The translations under genes and the position numbers were made by a program. A stretch of 63,016 nucleotides of DNA, the filler included, from Folioceros fuciformis (taxonomy: Eukaryota), in NCBI GenBank assembly GCA_049999805.1. It is 12 parts of 12 records of this genome, joined end to end, with 100 filler letters (N's around TTAATTAATTAA, not from the genome) between each part and the next. Parts side by side here need not be neighbours in the genome. Positions count along the whole stretch, not along the records: positions 39,801 to 48,400 come from JBNGIO010001484.1; positions 48,501 to 54,793 come from JBNGIO010001485.1; positions 54,894 to 58,824 come from JBNGIO010001486.1; positions 58,925 to 60,520 come from JBNGIO010001488.1; 8 more parts are not named here. The stretch is one strand, 5' to 3'. This document shows, in pieces, positions 47,613 to 60,620 of the stretch. Within the stretch, counting starts at the first letter, position 1, and the number at the start of each line of letters is the position of its first letter. Below the pieces are notes generated by a model. The model saw only the letters and a program-made list of their open reading frames with translations, was not told the origin of the DNA and ran no database searches.

Positions 47613-48400
47613 TGCATTCTTCCTTTCTCTACTTACTTACACAATGAAATGGTGGGTGTTGAGTAGTAGTAGGTTAAGATGTTGTCCCGACACTCCTTCT
47701 CCCTCAAAAAATTGCCAATTTTCACTCCACCCATAACCTTCTAAAAGAAGTGTTTGCACATGCATCAGCAAAGAACTTGAAAGTTGGGTCATAATCACCA
47801 ACAAAACACAAAACTAAATCTCTCTGTTCCATTTCTAAACACCACCATCTACCATCCTCCTCCACCCTATACCTAGATTACCACTTTCTTCAAAATCAGA
47901 GTCTTCCTACCCTAACAACACAATATTTCTTCCTCACATTCCCAATACACCCCCTTTGAAGTTTAAATTTCAAGAAGGTGATGCCTTTCTTGAACGCTCT
48001 TCTTTCTTTCCAGAATCAAGTCATGTATACACTGGAGTTGATTACAATTTTGAGCTCAAAGTTTGTGGGTGTATTAGAGTTGTGTTTCCTAAACTCCATG
48101 TCTGCTCCTCCAACAATGGATTGCCAACAATGGATTGCCAAGCTGAGACACAATGCGAGAAATCAATGAATCAACCAAACTAATTGAGGATTACTCTTTC
48201 AAAGATGCACAACATTATTTATGGGTTGATTGACTCCATCTCAAGGTGTACCATCCACACAAGATTGGGAGACTGCCAGATTAATTCGCAGCTGACGATA
48301 TACAGACATACATCCAATAGAGGAAGGAGGAAGGCACTTGGTGAGACAGGCCTCGAGGGCACGGCACGGCACCAGGGAATCAGGCGCACATGTGCTAGTC

Positions 48401-48500
48401 NNNNNNNNNNNNNNNNNNNNNNNNNNNNNNNNNNNNNNNNNNNNTTAATTAATTAANNNNNNNNNNNNNNNNNNNNNNNNNNNNNNNNNNNNNNNNNNNN
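48401..48500. other. Artificial contig linker
   Basis: 44 N + TTAATTAATTAA + 44 N. Confidence 0.99.
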
Positions 48501-50375
48501 GTGTTTGGTTCGTCTATGGAATCTTGGATTTTTCATCACTGCTTGACTATTTATATACAATTGTGTATATTGATTAGTTTGAGGTGTTTTGCCCAAATAT
48601 ATATATATAAGTTTTGTTTTTTTATTACTATACATTAAATAATTACAAGAGGTAGGTTTTTATCACCTATCTCTACGGAGTCATAAGGCACATTGTTGAG
48701 TTAAGCTAGATCAATCATAGCAATCTTTACTTCTAACTCTCCCTCCCGGGCTACGTGGGTTATACAAGTGATTTGTTATAGTTATCAACTTCAAGTAAGA
48801 AGAGAATTATCTATAACATAATATGTTTTACTAAACGTATAACTAATTCACCTAATACCTAATAAATGTAATACAATAAACCAATCCATGGTTTTTTTAA
48901 TGACAACAATGTTTAAACTTGGGAAGGACCTTGTTAGTATGTTTGCTATATTGTAGTTTGTAGATAGATATTATCACCTTGATAGTTCACTCCCTCATTA
49001 TTTCTATAACCTGTTGTAACTAATCTTGTTTTGTAGTGAATATGAGGTTCATTCTCATGAAACTAAATTTTCAGAACACACTTGTATTTGATGGTTGTTC
49101 TGCCTTTACGTGAGTTGATTAGAATCCAAGTATTATTTTAAATACGAAAATTATATTCATCATTAATAACAAACTTCCACTCATTTTGACACTGAATATG
49201 CATTTGGCAAAGTAAGAGGATTTCTTTCTAAAAGACCAACACCAAATTTCAAAGCATTAGTCAATGACCTACATCAATAGTCGTATAACCAAACTTGATA
49301 AAACTCTAAGTTATAGAGAATCTCTTTCTAAAGGTGTCTCCATTGTCTTTGACGAAAGGGATATATAAGCCTAGGAGCATAATCTAGTATAACTTGAGGA
49401 GATGGAGAACGAATAATCCATGGGTTAGGAATATTGAGAGCATTAGTGTCAATGACATGGATAACTGGTTTCCTCTTCCTCTCTCGAGCAAAAAGTATAG
49501 AGATATGTATAATTTGTATAGAGATATGTATAATTTGCTTGAGCTAAACAGGCACAGGATGGAGCAGAAAGTGGTAGTGTGATGGGGTCAAGAAAAATAA
49601 TTAAAAGATTGAATCTAAATCTTAGGTATAATATAGAACATTACCATAGATAAAAGAAGTCGCGTTTAAAGAAAGACTCTCAACGGAATGGGAAGATGCT
49701 ATTTATGCCTCTTTAAAATAACAAAGTGGGTGAATACAAGAGCATGATATCTGAGTTAATTAGTTCATAAGCCTTACAATCCTTAGCATGACCCACAAAC
49801 ACTATTTTGCAAGCCTAAGGAGAGAGCTTGTCTCGCAGTTGAAAAAGAATATAAGCATTAGTTAGGCAGCCAAAAATGTGAAGATAAGAGATCAAAGGCT
49901 CATATCCATACTAGGGCTTAAAAGGCATCCAACCAAAGTTGACTTGGAAAGAGCCCTGTCGAGTAGATATAGCACAATATTAATCAATTCGGCTTAAAAG
50001 GATTTGTGGAGCTAAGCGCATGATGGTATGGCATAAACAATGGCGAGTAAATCACCATTGGCCTTCTTTGCAACCCCATTCTATTAAGAAGTATAGGGAA
50101 CCGTATATTGTCAAAGAATCTTCTTCTCTTTGTAATAATCCTTGAATTGCCAAGCATTGAGTTTGCTAGCATTGTCATATCTAATGCATCAAAGTTTCCA
50201 ACCAGTTTGCGGCTACACTATGATAACAAAAGAAGTCAAGGAGCCTAAGTAGTCACTCTTCAATACGAGGGAATAGGAATAGCAAAGGTATAGCGATTAT
50301 AGTCATCAATAAATATCATAAAATTAAGTACTATACTAAGTGAACGGATAAGAAGAGGACCATAAGCATCAATCT
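48501..50375 (-). mobile_element. Highly decayed, internally deleted Ty1/Copia remnant
   Basis: Minus-strand fragments D.YGP, MIFIDDYNRYT, NGVA, FGC, KIVFVGH..DCKAY (integrase); RNase-H-like relic at ~48900-49100; PPT-like GAGGGAGAG at ~48745-48737. Confidence 0.65.
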
Positions 50376-51164
50376 AGACCGGTTGGCTTGTACAAGTGCA
50401 ACGTGCCAACTAGCTTGCACTAATCTCAAAAATTCAGAAAATATGATAAACTAGTAAAACTTCATTTTTTGAACAATTTGTGTCTTGCAGTTTTGTTTCA
50501 TATTTTTTGGATTTTTCTAGTCTTTTAGAAGATGGTCTTTGTCATTTTCAACTCTTTTAGCACACCTATGTTATAGAAACATGAGCTCAACTAGGCTATC
50601 CCTCATTTTTTTTTTGTGATCTAGACCATAGAGGAATAATGAGAACCAACTAACTATTTCTTTATAGTTTAGATCACGATAAAGAAATAAGGAGAAACTT
50701 TAGTGTGTTTTGCATCTTGAGATGTTGGCTTAGGGTCTTGGATTAGTGTATGTGATGAATGAAACTTGAATCAACCAAGACTAATTTAGAGATGGACGTA
50801 ACCAAGTTCTTATTTTAGAAGATCATTAATGATACACTATGCTCAAGCTATGGTTATCTACTTCAACTGGTAAGCAATTTGAGCACTCATTTTCTTAATA
50901 TTCACTCATTTTTTTCAATTAAATTATTGAACACTAGACCAAGAAGGGTCTAACAGCTAGACTATTACTTAGAGAAGCCCCACATTGTATAGTAGGAGCG
51001 TATTGCTAGAGTTTGTGAGTGCTAATGTGGAGTGAAATTTTGTGTCTAGTGACATAATGAGGCCCACATTCACCCTCTATGTTGTTGTAGTCCTAGGATT
51101 CAATCCCAAGGGAATGGTTTGTGTCAAGTTATTCTAAATCTACGACTTCTAGACTTTCTACAAT

Positions 51165-51610
51165 CAGTTCCTACCTAGATGTACTCCACCACTATCAGTT
51201 CCTACCTAGATGTACTCTTCCTACCTAGATGTACTCCACCACCATGCCTAAGTCCACCACCGTTGTTCTTGGCTCCAACCTAGATGTACTCTTCCTACCT
51301 AGATGTACTCCACCACCATGCCTAAGTCCACCACCGTTGTTCTTGGCTCCTCCATCGCAGTGAGTTCCGTCATCGCAGTAGTGGATTCAGCCGTCATCAC
51401 AGCCACCATCAGTTCCTACCTAGATGTACTCCACTACCATGCCTAAGTCCACCACCGTTGTTCTTGGCTCCTTCATCGTAGTGAGTTCCGTCATCGCAGT
51501 AGTGGATTCAACATTCATCGCAGTAGTGGATTCAGCCGTCATCGCAGTAGTAGATTCAGTCGCCGCGATAGTGGATCCAGCCGCCGCGGTAGTGGATTCC
51601 GCCATCGTGG
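51165..51610. repeat. Complex nested tandem repeats (cctacctagatgtactc units and 24-bp ccgtcatcgcagtagtggattca units)
   Basis: Directly visible duplicated blocks. Confidence 0.85.
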
Positions 51611-51929
51611 TGGGACCCGTCCATTCAGTGCACACGCGTGTTAGGGCGCCTGGATAACGCGAAGTTTCTGGCCACACCTATTAAGAAGCTATAGCTTGTG
51701 TAGGCTAATTCTCATGCACACCCAACCATACTTATGTTATTTTACGCCCAAATCTTGCTAGAAGCTACAGATGAGGACCACCCACTCGCGATGCTTCACT
51801 TCATCATTGTTTTCCCACACAATCTACCTCCAATCTTCTTCAACACTTTAAGATTTCAAACCTCACACTTCAACAAGTACCAAATCTTCACTCAATCCCC
51901 CTTCCCGGGACACTTAAACCTCACACATG

Positions 51930-52250
51930 CCACACATACTTCTCCTTAGGACACAAAGTCCACTCCTAGGCCACATTTACCTCACACAAGCCACACATAC
52001 CTCTCCTTAGGACACACAGTCCCCTCATAGGCCACACGACCTCTCCTTGGGACACATAGTCCCCTCATAGGCCACACTAACCTCTCCTTGGGACACATAG
52101 TCCCCTCATAGGCCACACAGCCCTCTCCTTGGGACACACAGTCCCCTCATAGGCCACACAAACCTCTCCTTGGGATACATAGTCCTCTCATAGGCTACAC
52201 AGACCTCTCCTTGGGACACACAGTCCCTTCCTAGGCCACTCAGACCCCTC
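51930..52250. repeat. 41-bp minisatellite, ~7 copies
   Basis: ctctccttgggacacatagtcccctcataggccacacagac at 52001, 52041, 52082, 52123, 52164, 52205, plus a partial copy at 51941. Confidence 0.95.
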
Positions 52251-54510
52251 TTAAGATTAAACACGACCTGGTTAGACAACGGAGTGAGAAAGGGAAAAAA
52301 TCACAGCCGAACAGCTCCACTAGAGTCTCACGAAATCGCGCTCCCTCTCGGCTTTCTAGGGGTTTTGCGAAACTCAATTTGCCACCCTAACCTTTTGCAG
52401 AAATTTCTTTTCCTCATAGGTGCAAAGCACCTCTTCCACTAGCCACTTTAGTCGCAGAGCTTGGTCACACAACTCTCGACCACCCACGGATCTTCCTGAT
52501 CCTCTTGTGAGGAGAGGAGAGTATGCCAAATCAAGCCATCATCGATCGGATTTCTCCAACCCATAACGCACAAATTCAACACATGGAAGCTTACACCTGA
52601 AATTGTCTCCACAGAGAGATGCAACAAGGTCTTTATACATCTGGCCTTGAAGCACCATTACTTCCGCAGCCTTTTAGAGTCTTAAGAAATGATTATACCA
52701 CATTGGCACGCTTCTAAAGTTAGCAGTCTTTGGTTCAAAATTGACTAGCTTGCTATTTTTTAATCCAAAAAACTACTAACCAAGTATGCTCCCTAGACTA
52801 GCATGCCTGTCTTCCGTCTAGGCCTTCGGGCCCTTGGCATGCCCCTTGCTCTCCTGCATTGCCAATGATCCGATAGGTCTTCCCATAATATCTTCACTTC
52901 GCTTTCACTGTCCATTGCTCTCTCTTCCCTCCTAGAGACTTCCCCTCGCTCCTCATCACTGGATAGCCACACCGTGTGGTCTTCCACCCAAGCTCACACC
53001 TCCTCCTCCGTCATCTCCTCCAGCCTCACCTATAAAGGGTACGCCCCAACATCCATTTGCAGGAACCACTAATAACACCCAGTAGCTGTTAAGATGTGCA
53101 GCCAGTAGTTCTTGCCCCCTATTGACCCAACCACCATATACATATTTAGAGTGAGCACCCGCTCACGATGTAGGTAGAAGCTAGGGACATGAGCACCTTC
53201 ATCCCCACGCCGTAGCACCACACACCCTTCTGCTGAAGAGGTCCTTACCCTCGTCCCCCCCTTGACAGTCCCGAGATGGTTGCCTCTTGAAATCCAAGGA
53301 GGTTGAACCCCCCTCTGCTGCACTGTCGCCAGTGGCTGGTTCCACCACTTCCGTTCCTTCTTCCGCCATAGTGCCTGATTCTGCCACCGCAGTTCCTTCT
53401 TTAGCAACCGTGGTTGACTCCACCACCTCGGTGGCTGGTTCCACAACGGTGATTGTTTCAGCCACCGCGGTGGTTGATCCCCTGCCCCTTTTCGGCCTAC
53501 ATGTTTCTCTTGACCCTGGCCCTAGCTTCACCCCTCATTCACTTATACCTCTCTGCTAGCTTCCTAAACTTCTTCGGCATGGCGGTGCATGCTACTCCGC
53601 CCAACTGCCACAATAGTCACACCCAATTTCTGAATCTCCACTTGCCCTGGAATTACACACGATCACCATGCTAGATGGTGATCTTCCTCCAATTGTGCTC
53701 CGTCTTCGTTAGTGTTCTTCGTTAGTGTTCCTCTGCTCACTATCTGTCCAAACTCCACAACTAGGATCACTATTTCTACTTGGTCTATGGCTATTTCTAC
53801 TTGGTCTATGCCTGTACATTCCATATTCAGCCACCGTTGTGGAATAGGCCACTCCCCCGCTTCTCTGTGTTGAGATGTCACCCCCGCCATGCTCAAAGGA
53901 GGTTAAAACAAGTTAGTTGAAGCAAGATGCAGAATCCCAAAACTAAGAGCACTATAACAAGGCTCTTAAACTCAAATAAAAAGGAGAATTACAAAAACAA
54001 CACAATACAAGTGAAGAGGGAGTTAGACTGCATATACTAAATGGGTTCATCCCTTCTTTTATGGACCTATGGGTGGCACTCTCATTTCGTGCCCAATATG
54101 GGATAAATGACCCCAAACCCTACAATACTTTTTTTGCCTAACATAGCAAAGTCTAATAAGCTATATATATATATATAAATCATAACCTTAATCACTCTTA
54201 CCACTAATTAGTACAAACTCAATAAGCTGGATTAGCACTAATTAATCAATCTCAACATTAATCATGCTTAACACTCTGCACAACTGTTGCTAAATAAAGG
54301 AGCCCCCCTCCTTCTATAGACAATTTCTACTCTAAAAGTCCCAAGGTCCAAGGACCTTCTAGCCTGACATTTACAGTTCAAGGGCCAAGGGCTAGTTATT
54401 TGCAAAAGGAAAAAAACCAAAAGCCAAGGAGTGGTGCGACCATAGGCCAATGACACTTTTAGTATAAAAGGTCTTGCCTCGGCAATACCTGAAAACTTTA
54501 TCAGTCAAAA

Positions 54511-54737
54511 CACACACACAAACAAAAAAAAATCATTCAAACCAACAATCCAAGGGAGGGTCATTGCACACACACCCAAACAAAAAAAATCATTCAAACC
54601 AACAATCCACGGGGGTTATTGCACACACACCCAAACAAAAAAAATCATTCAAACGAACAATCCATGGAGGGTTATTGCACACACACCCAAAACAAAAAAA
54701 ATCATTTAAACCAACAGTCCAGGAGGGTTATTGCACA
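54511..54737. repeat. ~56-bp tandem repeat, 4 copies
   Basis: cacacacccaaacaaaaaaaatcattcaaaccaacaatcca..ggg.ttattg with periods of 55-57 bp. Confidence 0.92.
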
Positions 54738-54793
54738 TGTGGTCTTCCACAATTTCAAGGGGTGACCCCTTGGGTGAGTGGCTGAAGGGAGAG

Positions 54794-54893
54794 NNNNNNN
54801 NNNNNNNNNNNNNNNNNNNNNNNNNNNNNNNNNNNNNTTAATTAATTAANNNNNNNNNNNNNNNNNNNNNNNNNNNNNNNNNNNNNNNNNNNN
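54794..54893. other. Artificial contig linker
   Basis: 44 N + TTAATTAATTAA + 44 N. Confidence 0.99.
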
Positions 54894-56919
54894 CTCTACA
54901 GTCTAGGAATTTGCAGATAGACTAACGCCTTACACAGTTGCGCATGCAAGTGCTGTACTCTGGATGTAGCTTGAGCTACGAATAATTAGATTTTTTTTCT
55001 TCGTATTTTTTTTTTTTTTAACAAAGTCAAACACAACCATTCAATCTTATCAGCTTGTTTTGCTCTTCACATGCCTTGGCCGACCAACATTAAGCCTTAT
55101 CTTCCTAAGCAACCTACAATTGGGCTAGGAGTAATACAAGCTCAACTTTCACTTTGTGCACCTACTCCACTTATTCCTCATTACTAAACCCTTGCACCTT
55201 ATCATATTCTTCTATATCCTACGTCGTAATCCACCAAAGTGATTGGAAGCAATGTGTCCACCTCAAGTTCTGAGCCTTTCGTAACATGACCAAGTTCTAC
55301 TCATTCATACTCAAAAGAGCCCTCCTACTAACCCATATCTGTCCATGCCTATTGTCCTTTTCTTTGAAGGTATCTCATTGTCCTCCTGGGTGACGTCCTT
55401 ACATGTTACACATACATTCTATTATTATAGATCCCTAGTCCCATCTATTTAATTTTTACCCTATATGAGACATAGAATACGGACAAGTGTTCTTTCCATT
55501 GTCACTTTTGCTGTGTCTAATCCCAGCTAATTTGTGTCTCTGTGATTTGTTCTCTATACAACATCCTCCTACCATAAGTTATCATGCTTTCCTCTTCCAC
55601 TAATCCGATTACACACTCCTTACAAGCATCTCCTCCCTACTCCTCACAATGCACCCATGTGCTACCTAAGTGGGCAGCATCGGGAAAGAAGTAGGAGTAA
55701 GAGGAGGGGAGTAGCAATAAGATGTGGGAGGTAGTAGCAATAGGATGGAGGGCAAATGAGGAAGGATTGGAGGAGCAGCAGCAAAAGCTATAAAGGAGCA
55801 ATCAAGGTAGGCTTGAAGATTAAGGACTCTAAAACAAATTGAAGAAAGCAAAAAGTTGTGAGAAAGCAAAACATATAACACTGCTCAAGTAACAAACAAC
55901 AGTAACCACTGAACTTGTGTAGCACCATAAGCATTCTGCTTGAGCAGCTCTTGGCTATAGCAATAATAGGCCCCACAATTGTAGCTAACTTGAGTGGCCT
56001 AGAAATTTGGAAAGTAGTATGTTATGGCAAACACAACATGCAATGCCTCTAACAGCTTCTACTCAAGTTGTTGATGTTAATCCCATAATATTTATCTGAT
56101 TGTGCACCTCCATTGCCAAAGCTACCAATAGTTCCATCGAATTGTATTAATCCAATTTTTTGTCCTATTTTTTAATAAATAAAAATAATCAAACTTTACT
56201 AGTAAACCTTAGGGCTTGTTCTCCAATTTTTACTAAATGACCTTGGCACTATATTTTTACTAGGTGGCCTTGGGCCCTAGGGGCTAGTGTTCCACGAACA
56301 AGGTGAACATGTAGATGAATCCGCTGGACACACCCGTCAATTTAGGGCTCGCGGGCTCTTAACCTAATTGCCGAATTGGCATGGCATTCGAAGCAGAAAT
56401 TAAAAATGGGGAAACGGCAAAGGGCAGTGAGTCGTGTCTGTTCGAGCAACTGGCGTTGAGAGAGTTGGGCGAGGCTGTCTACAATGCGCCCTCCTTACCC
56501 TAAGCAGCAATTTGGAATTATGCCGGACCCCTGTGAAACGTCGTTTGATAACAGCCTCTTTACCCGTGCCATATCTTCGATGATGGATAGCGTAAGCGAG
56601 TGGTACAGTATGTGAAAGGCTCGCCGTTGATGCTGGAAGGTTTGCACTGCTGGAAGGAGATTCGACAAGGGTCAGAAATTCTTGTGGAAGAGATTTGACA
56701 TCCATGTCTAAGAAGTAAGCTCGGGGAAGAATATGATTTCCCCTAAATTGCGTGTTAAGCGCAACAAGCAAGGTCGCGTACTGCGTTTTGATTGAATGCA
56801 ATATGGCGGCAGGTGCAATGCCATGTGACTGCAGTTGGTCCGGGGCCTTGCAGTCCATAAGTTTAGGGTTGTGGTGTTTGTTGTTGGCTGTCTGACAAGG
56901 ATCGCGTTTCTGTGTCAGG

Positions 56920-58269
56920 ATGTCTGGCTCTGATGTGGTGATGAGTGTGGCCGTGGAAAACCTGAGCAAGGAGCTGTTTGAGGCTGCAGAGAGTGGGAAG
57001 TTGGAAGCATTTCAGGAAATATCAGCAGAAGAATTGGCAGGGGCACGTCAACTGAGAAATGAGGACGCCCGTTCTTTGCTTCATGTGGCAGCTGCGAGTG
57101 GCCACAGTAAGGTGTGTGACTTTTGCTGAGTGGCGACTCGTTTGAGTTGTGGCAGTAGAAGGAAGGTTGTTTAAATGATTGAATCAACACTTATCTCGCT
57201 GATCCAGATTGTCAGTTTACTCAGTGATGGCGTTGATGCGTCCGAAAGTGGGATCAATGCATGCGATGAGGAGGGTTGGACTCCCCTAATTTCTGCTGTC
57301 AGCAGTGGACGGAGTGCTGCTGTTGAAGCACTGTTGAGAGCAGGTGAGCAAATAGCGCAAGCTTTGTGATGGCAGGATGGATGTAGCAGGAAGCTCTCCG
57401 TCTGCTTTGGCAACTATTTCCCCCTGAAAACTTGATGTGATATCCATTTCCCTGTGCTGGTAACCCTCCACATGACCATTTTTGCCTCCAGTTGACTTGT
57501 GCTAGTTTTCAATGCTACCTGCATATAAGGAATATACCTGCTTTGACTGAAGCTGCAGTCTTCACATTGTTCTGATTGTTCTCGACATTCAAAACCGATA
57601 CTAACCTCAGAGTGCCAATACGTTAACGTTGTTGCAGGAGTAGATGTCTCTGTACCTAATCTAGGTGGGCGTACTGCCCTTCACTATGCTGCTAGTAAGG
57701 GTCGTGCCAAGATAGCACATACCTTGATTCTCCATGGTGCTAGAGTCAATGTCAAGGACAAGGTTTTGACCTCTTTCCAAAGCTCTGAAGTGCTGATTTC
57801 TCTTGGAAATTGGTATTTCGCAGCATCTTTGTGTCTGACTTGTCGCCTTAATCATGCGTAGGTGGGCTGCACACCTCTCCACCGGGCAGCAAGTGCTGGG
57901 CAAGCAGAGGTCTGTGAAGTGTTATTGGAGGAGGGTGCGAATGTGGATGCCACCGACTCCACTGGTCAAACACCGCTGATGCATGCTGTAATATGTGGCA
58001 ACCAGCAGGTACCGATTTCTTGGTTGGTTTTCTATCTGGTGGTACTCGTAACTGTGTAATTGTCAGTTGTATGGCCAGGAACTTCTGGAATGATTGATCA
58101 GGGGTGGTCATGGGTCCTTATTTATGTCTTCCAGGTCGCATTGCTGCTCATACGACATGGTGCCGACGTAGATGCCCAAGACAAAGAGGAATACACTGTG
58201 CTTGGACGGGCATCTGATCAATTACGTCCTCTTCTCATTGATGCGGCAAAAGTTATGCTCGAAGGTTGA
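56920..58269 (+). CDS. PSMD10: Gankyrin / 26S proteasome assembly chaperone PSMD10 (Nas6), ankyrin repeat protein, 5 exons, 244 aa
   Basis: Exons 56920-57111, 57208-57343, 57638-57762, 57862-58008, 58135-58269. RNEDARSLLHVAA, DEEGWTPL, GGRTALHYAASKG, GCTPLHRAAS, GQTPLMHAVIC, C-terminus LIDAAKVMLEG. Confidence 0.93.
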
Positions 58270-58765
58270 AGCAGTCGGTAGGGTCACGCATAGCGTGTGG
58301 GTGATTCGTCCACCCTACCGTGTACACTAGGCCGCACGATAGCATTCAAGAACAGGGTCTAGGATAACATGTGGGAGTGGGTAAAAATTTTACTAGGGTT
58401 CATGTGAAGTTACTAGGGTTCGTGTGACGTAACTTCACGGCAAAAACTCACTATGTTACATTGGCGCACCTTGCATATTCACAAATTATTGCTAGAGCTC
58501 GAGTTTCTCCACCTATGTACAGCGACTCTCGGATCTGCTGAGGCAGAACGTTATCTCTACCTAATCCTGTAGATATATGCACGGTATCCTCGTGGCATGC
58601 TGTCAGCGCTACCTTGTTTGGTTGCATGAGGAGGCAGTTCTTCCACTATCAGACTGCCAACGAGGTCCTAACAAACGGACAGCCTGCTCCGATCCATATC
58701 GGGAGAGGAGGACACGAGCCCACCGTAAGGGCCCGCCACGCAGGGGTTCGGGGGAAGAACCAAAG

Positions 58766-58824
58766 TTAGATGGCCACATACTCAGGGATGCTCTCCAGCG
58801 AAGCTACCCACGGCTGCTTACTCT
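58766..58824 (-). CDS. 3' end of a gene cut by the contig edge, possibly DUF4228/PADRE family
   Basis: Reads ...SKQPWVASLESIPEYVAI*; a terminal W-x2-SL-x-SI-x-E motif is typical of DUF4228 proteins, but only ~19 codons are visible. Confidence 0.35.
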
Positions 58825-58924
58825 NNNNNNNNNNNNNNNNNNNNNNNNNNNNNNNNNNNNNNNNNNNNTTAATTAATTAANNNNNNNNNNNNNNNNNNNN
58901 NNNNNNNNNNNNNNNNNNNNNNNN
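58825..58924. other. Artificial contig linker
   Basis: 44 N + TTAATTAATTAA + 44 N. Confidence 0.99.
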
Positions 58925-59311
58925 CCCCGGCCCCCTGACGTCAAATCCCTCCCACTCATTCGTGCGAATTCCCACAAGGTGAACGCGCAGTCGCAGGAAG
59001 TCGCCCGGAACACAAGACGCAGCAGAAGTCGAATTACACACTTCCCGGCGAGTCAAGCCCGGCGCGCGCCCGCATCAATTGTTTTTTTTACCCCCCAAAT
59101 TCCTTCCCTTCCTTCCTCACCCTTTCCGTCGTACCCACCATCATTACTGGGGTTTAATTTGTTGCAGTAAGCGAATTCAATTCCGTGTCCCGAACGGATT
59201 AATGAGGGGCTGCCTTGATGTGCTGGCCCCAAGGCCATGGCGAGCGAGCTGACACACGCGGGCTCCACCACATCGAGGCACCCCAGCATTAAAGGCCCCT
59301 CAGAGTGAGCT

Positions 59312-59375
59312 GAGCCGAGCCGAGCCGAGCCGAGCCGGGCCGGGCCGAGCCGAGCCGGGCCGGGCCGAGCCGAGC
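59312..59375. repeat. GAGCC/GGGCC pentamer microsatellite
   Basis: About 12 units of g(a/g)gcc. Confidence 0.92.
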
Positions 59376-60520
59376 AGGCCCCGAACCTTGGAACGAAACG
59401 TTTCTCATTTTTTCACCCGACAACGAAGCGTTTACCGCGGCCGATTCGGAGCTCCGATACGTGACATGTACTGACGACACACGTACGTGAAGCGGAAGGA
59501 GCAGCAGCACGCAGTGCGCAGCAGCATTTTCTTCGTATGCCGTCATGTACATGTACAATATTGGGTATGTACAGCTGCCAGGCATTCATTGCAGCCCGGA
59601 TTCACCTTCCGCCCTTCCGCCATTCCCAGCCTCTTTTCTTTTCACCTCCCCGGCTACTCATTCCGCCCGCTTTTCATCATTCCCGCTTGCTTTCGCTCTT
59701 CTCCTTTTGGCGTCCGAGCTCGACACGAATTGATGGACGCCCGCCTCCCTTCTCCGCCTCCTCTTCTTATTACCCTCCTCTTACCTTGCAATTCGGCTTT
59801 CCAGTTCACACATGTAGCCTGCCTGCCTGCCCGCCCGCTCGGCCTGCACCTGCACCTCTTCCCTCCACAAGCCTTTACCCAGCCTCGTACTCAATGCTGC
59901 GTGGAACCGGGCCTAAATTTGAGCTCCTCTTAATCTCACGCCTATTTGCTCGCCTCCACACTCTGAAGAGAGCCCCCCGTATCCTTCACAAAAGCTGGAC
60001 GCTGTAATCCGATCGGCTCTTCGGAGTTTCGTGAGGGCAGCTGGGAGCATTGAGTGCACTGAGCAAGCATTTAGGGCGTCACATGGAAGCATTCGTGATT
60101 GGCAGCCTAGTCTTCGCTTTTGCTCTCGGGTGGGGTGCTCTGGAGTGGGTTTTGGTGTTTGGACTGGGAAGGAGCCACGCCACGGGAGCATGATGGGAGG
60201 GTGGATGACGAAACACGCCATCCTTCTTTTCCAACTCTTGGATGACAAGCTTCTCCAGACGCCCATCCTTTTCCATCCAACGTGGTGATGTGGAGGGGAT
60301 GTACTGCCCGAGGTGTTTCAACTTCACCGTGTTGGTCAGACCGTTGCATCTGCTTCCAAGCCGTCTAGAAGGACGACAGGGCAGGCCAGGGTATGTCAGC
60401 AACTCCCTACGCATGTCTCCCTCAAGGGGTTGCTGCTTCTCCCAACACGACGGGGCTGCTTATCCTGTCACACTCTAGGGGGAAGGAAGGCACACATGTC
60501 CCGAGGATCCATGCCGCGAA

Positions 60521-60620
60521 NNNNNNNNNNNNNNNNNNNNNNNNNNNNNNNNNNNNNNNNNNNNTTAATTAATTAANNNNNNNNNNNNNNNNNNNNNNNN
60601 NNNNNNNNNNNNNNNNNNNN
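60521..60620. other. Artificial contig linker
   Basis: 44 N + TTAATTAATTAA + 44 N. Confidence 0.99.

Larger units (their letters stand above)
51029..53870 (-). mobile_element. Repeat family copy C (deletion derivative of the contig-3 repeat)
   Basis: 51029-51130 matches 12972-13075; 52405-53330 matches 16660-17543 plus 24057 onward (empty Copia site); encodes RVL.L.MY.VVG..GGKNYWLHILTATGCY...LEEMTEEEV*AWVEDHTVWLSS. Confidence 0.8.

Noticed and set aside
51930-52250. CRISPR-like regular repeats (also 39232-39700, 54511-54737, 62531-62698)
   Set aside because: Head-to-tail tandem units with no unique spacers, no cas genes, and a eukaryotic context.
56400-56969. 189-aa minus-strand ORF
   Set aside because: Antisense to the probable 5' UTR intron and first exon of PSMD10; no recognisable domain.
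59921-60180. miR319/159-like sequence TTGGACTGGGAAGGAGCC with an upstream GAGCTCCT
   Set aside because: Several mismatches to miR319, poor arm pairing, and the conserved loop-proximal blocks are absent.
60415-60495. miR477-like TCTCCCTCAAGGG
   Set aside because: Only a 13-nt match and the candidate star arm pairs weakly; it would need small-RNA data.
7375-60620. Recurrent TTAATTAATTAA motif, and ORFs ending in X-runs or LIN
   Set aside because: Artificial six-frame-stop linkers between contigs; ORFs crossing them and gene neighbourhoods across them are artefacts.
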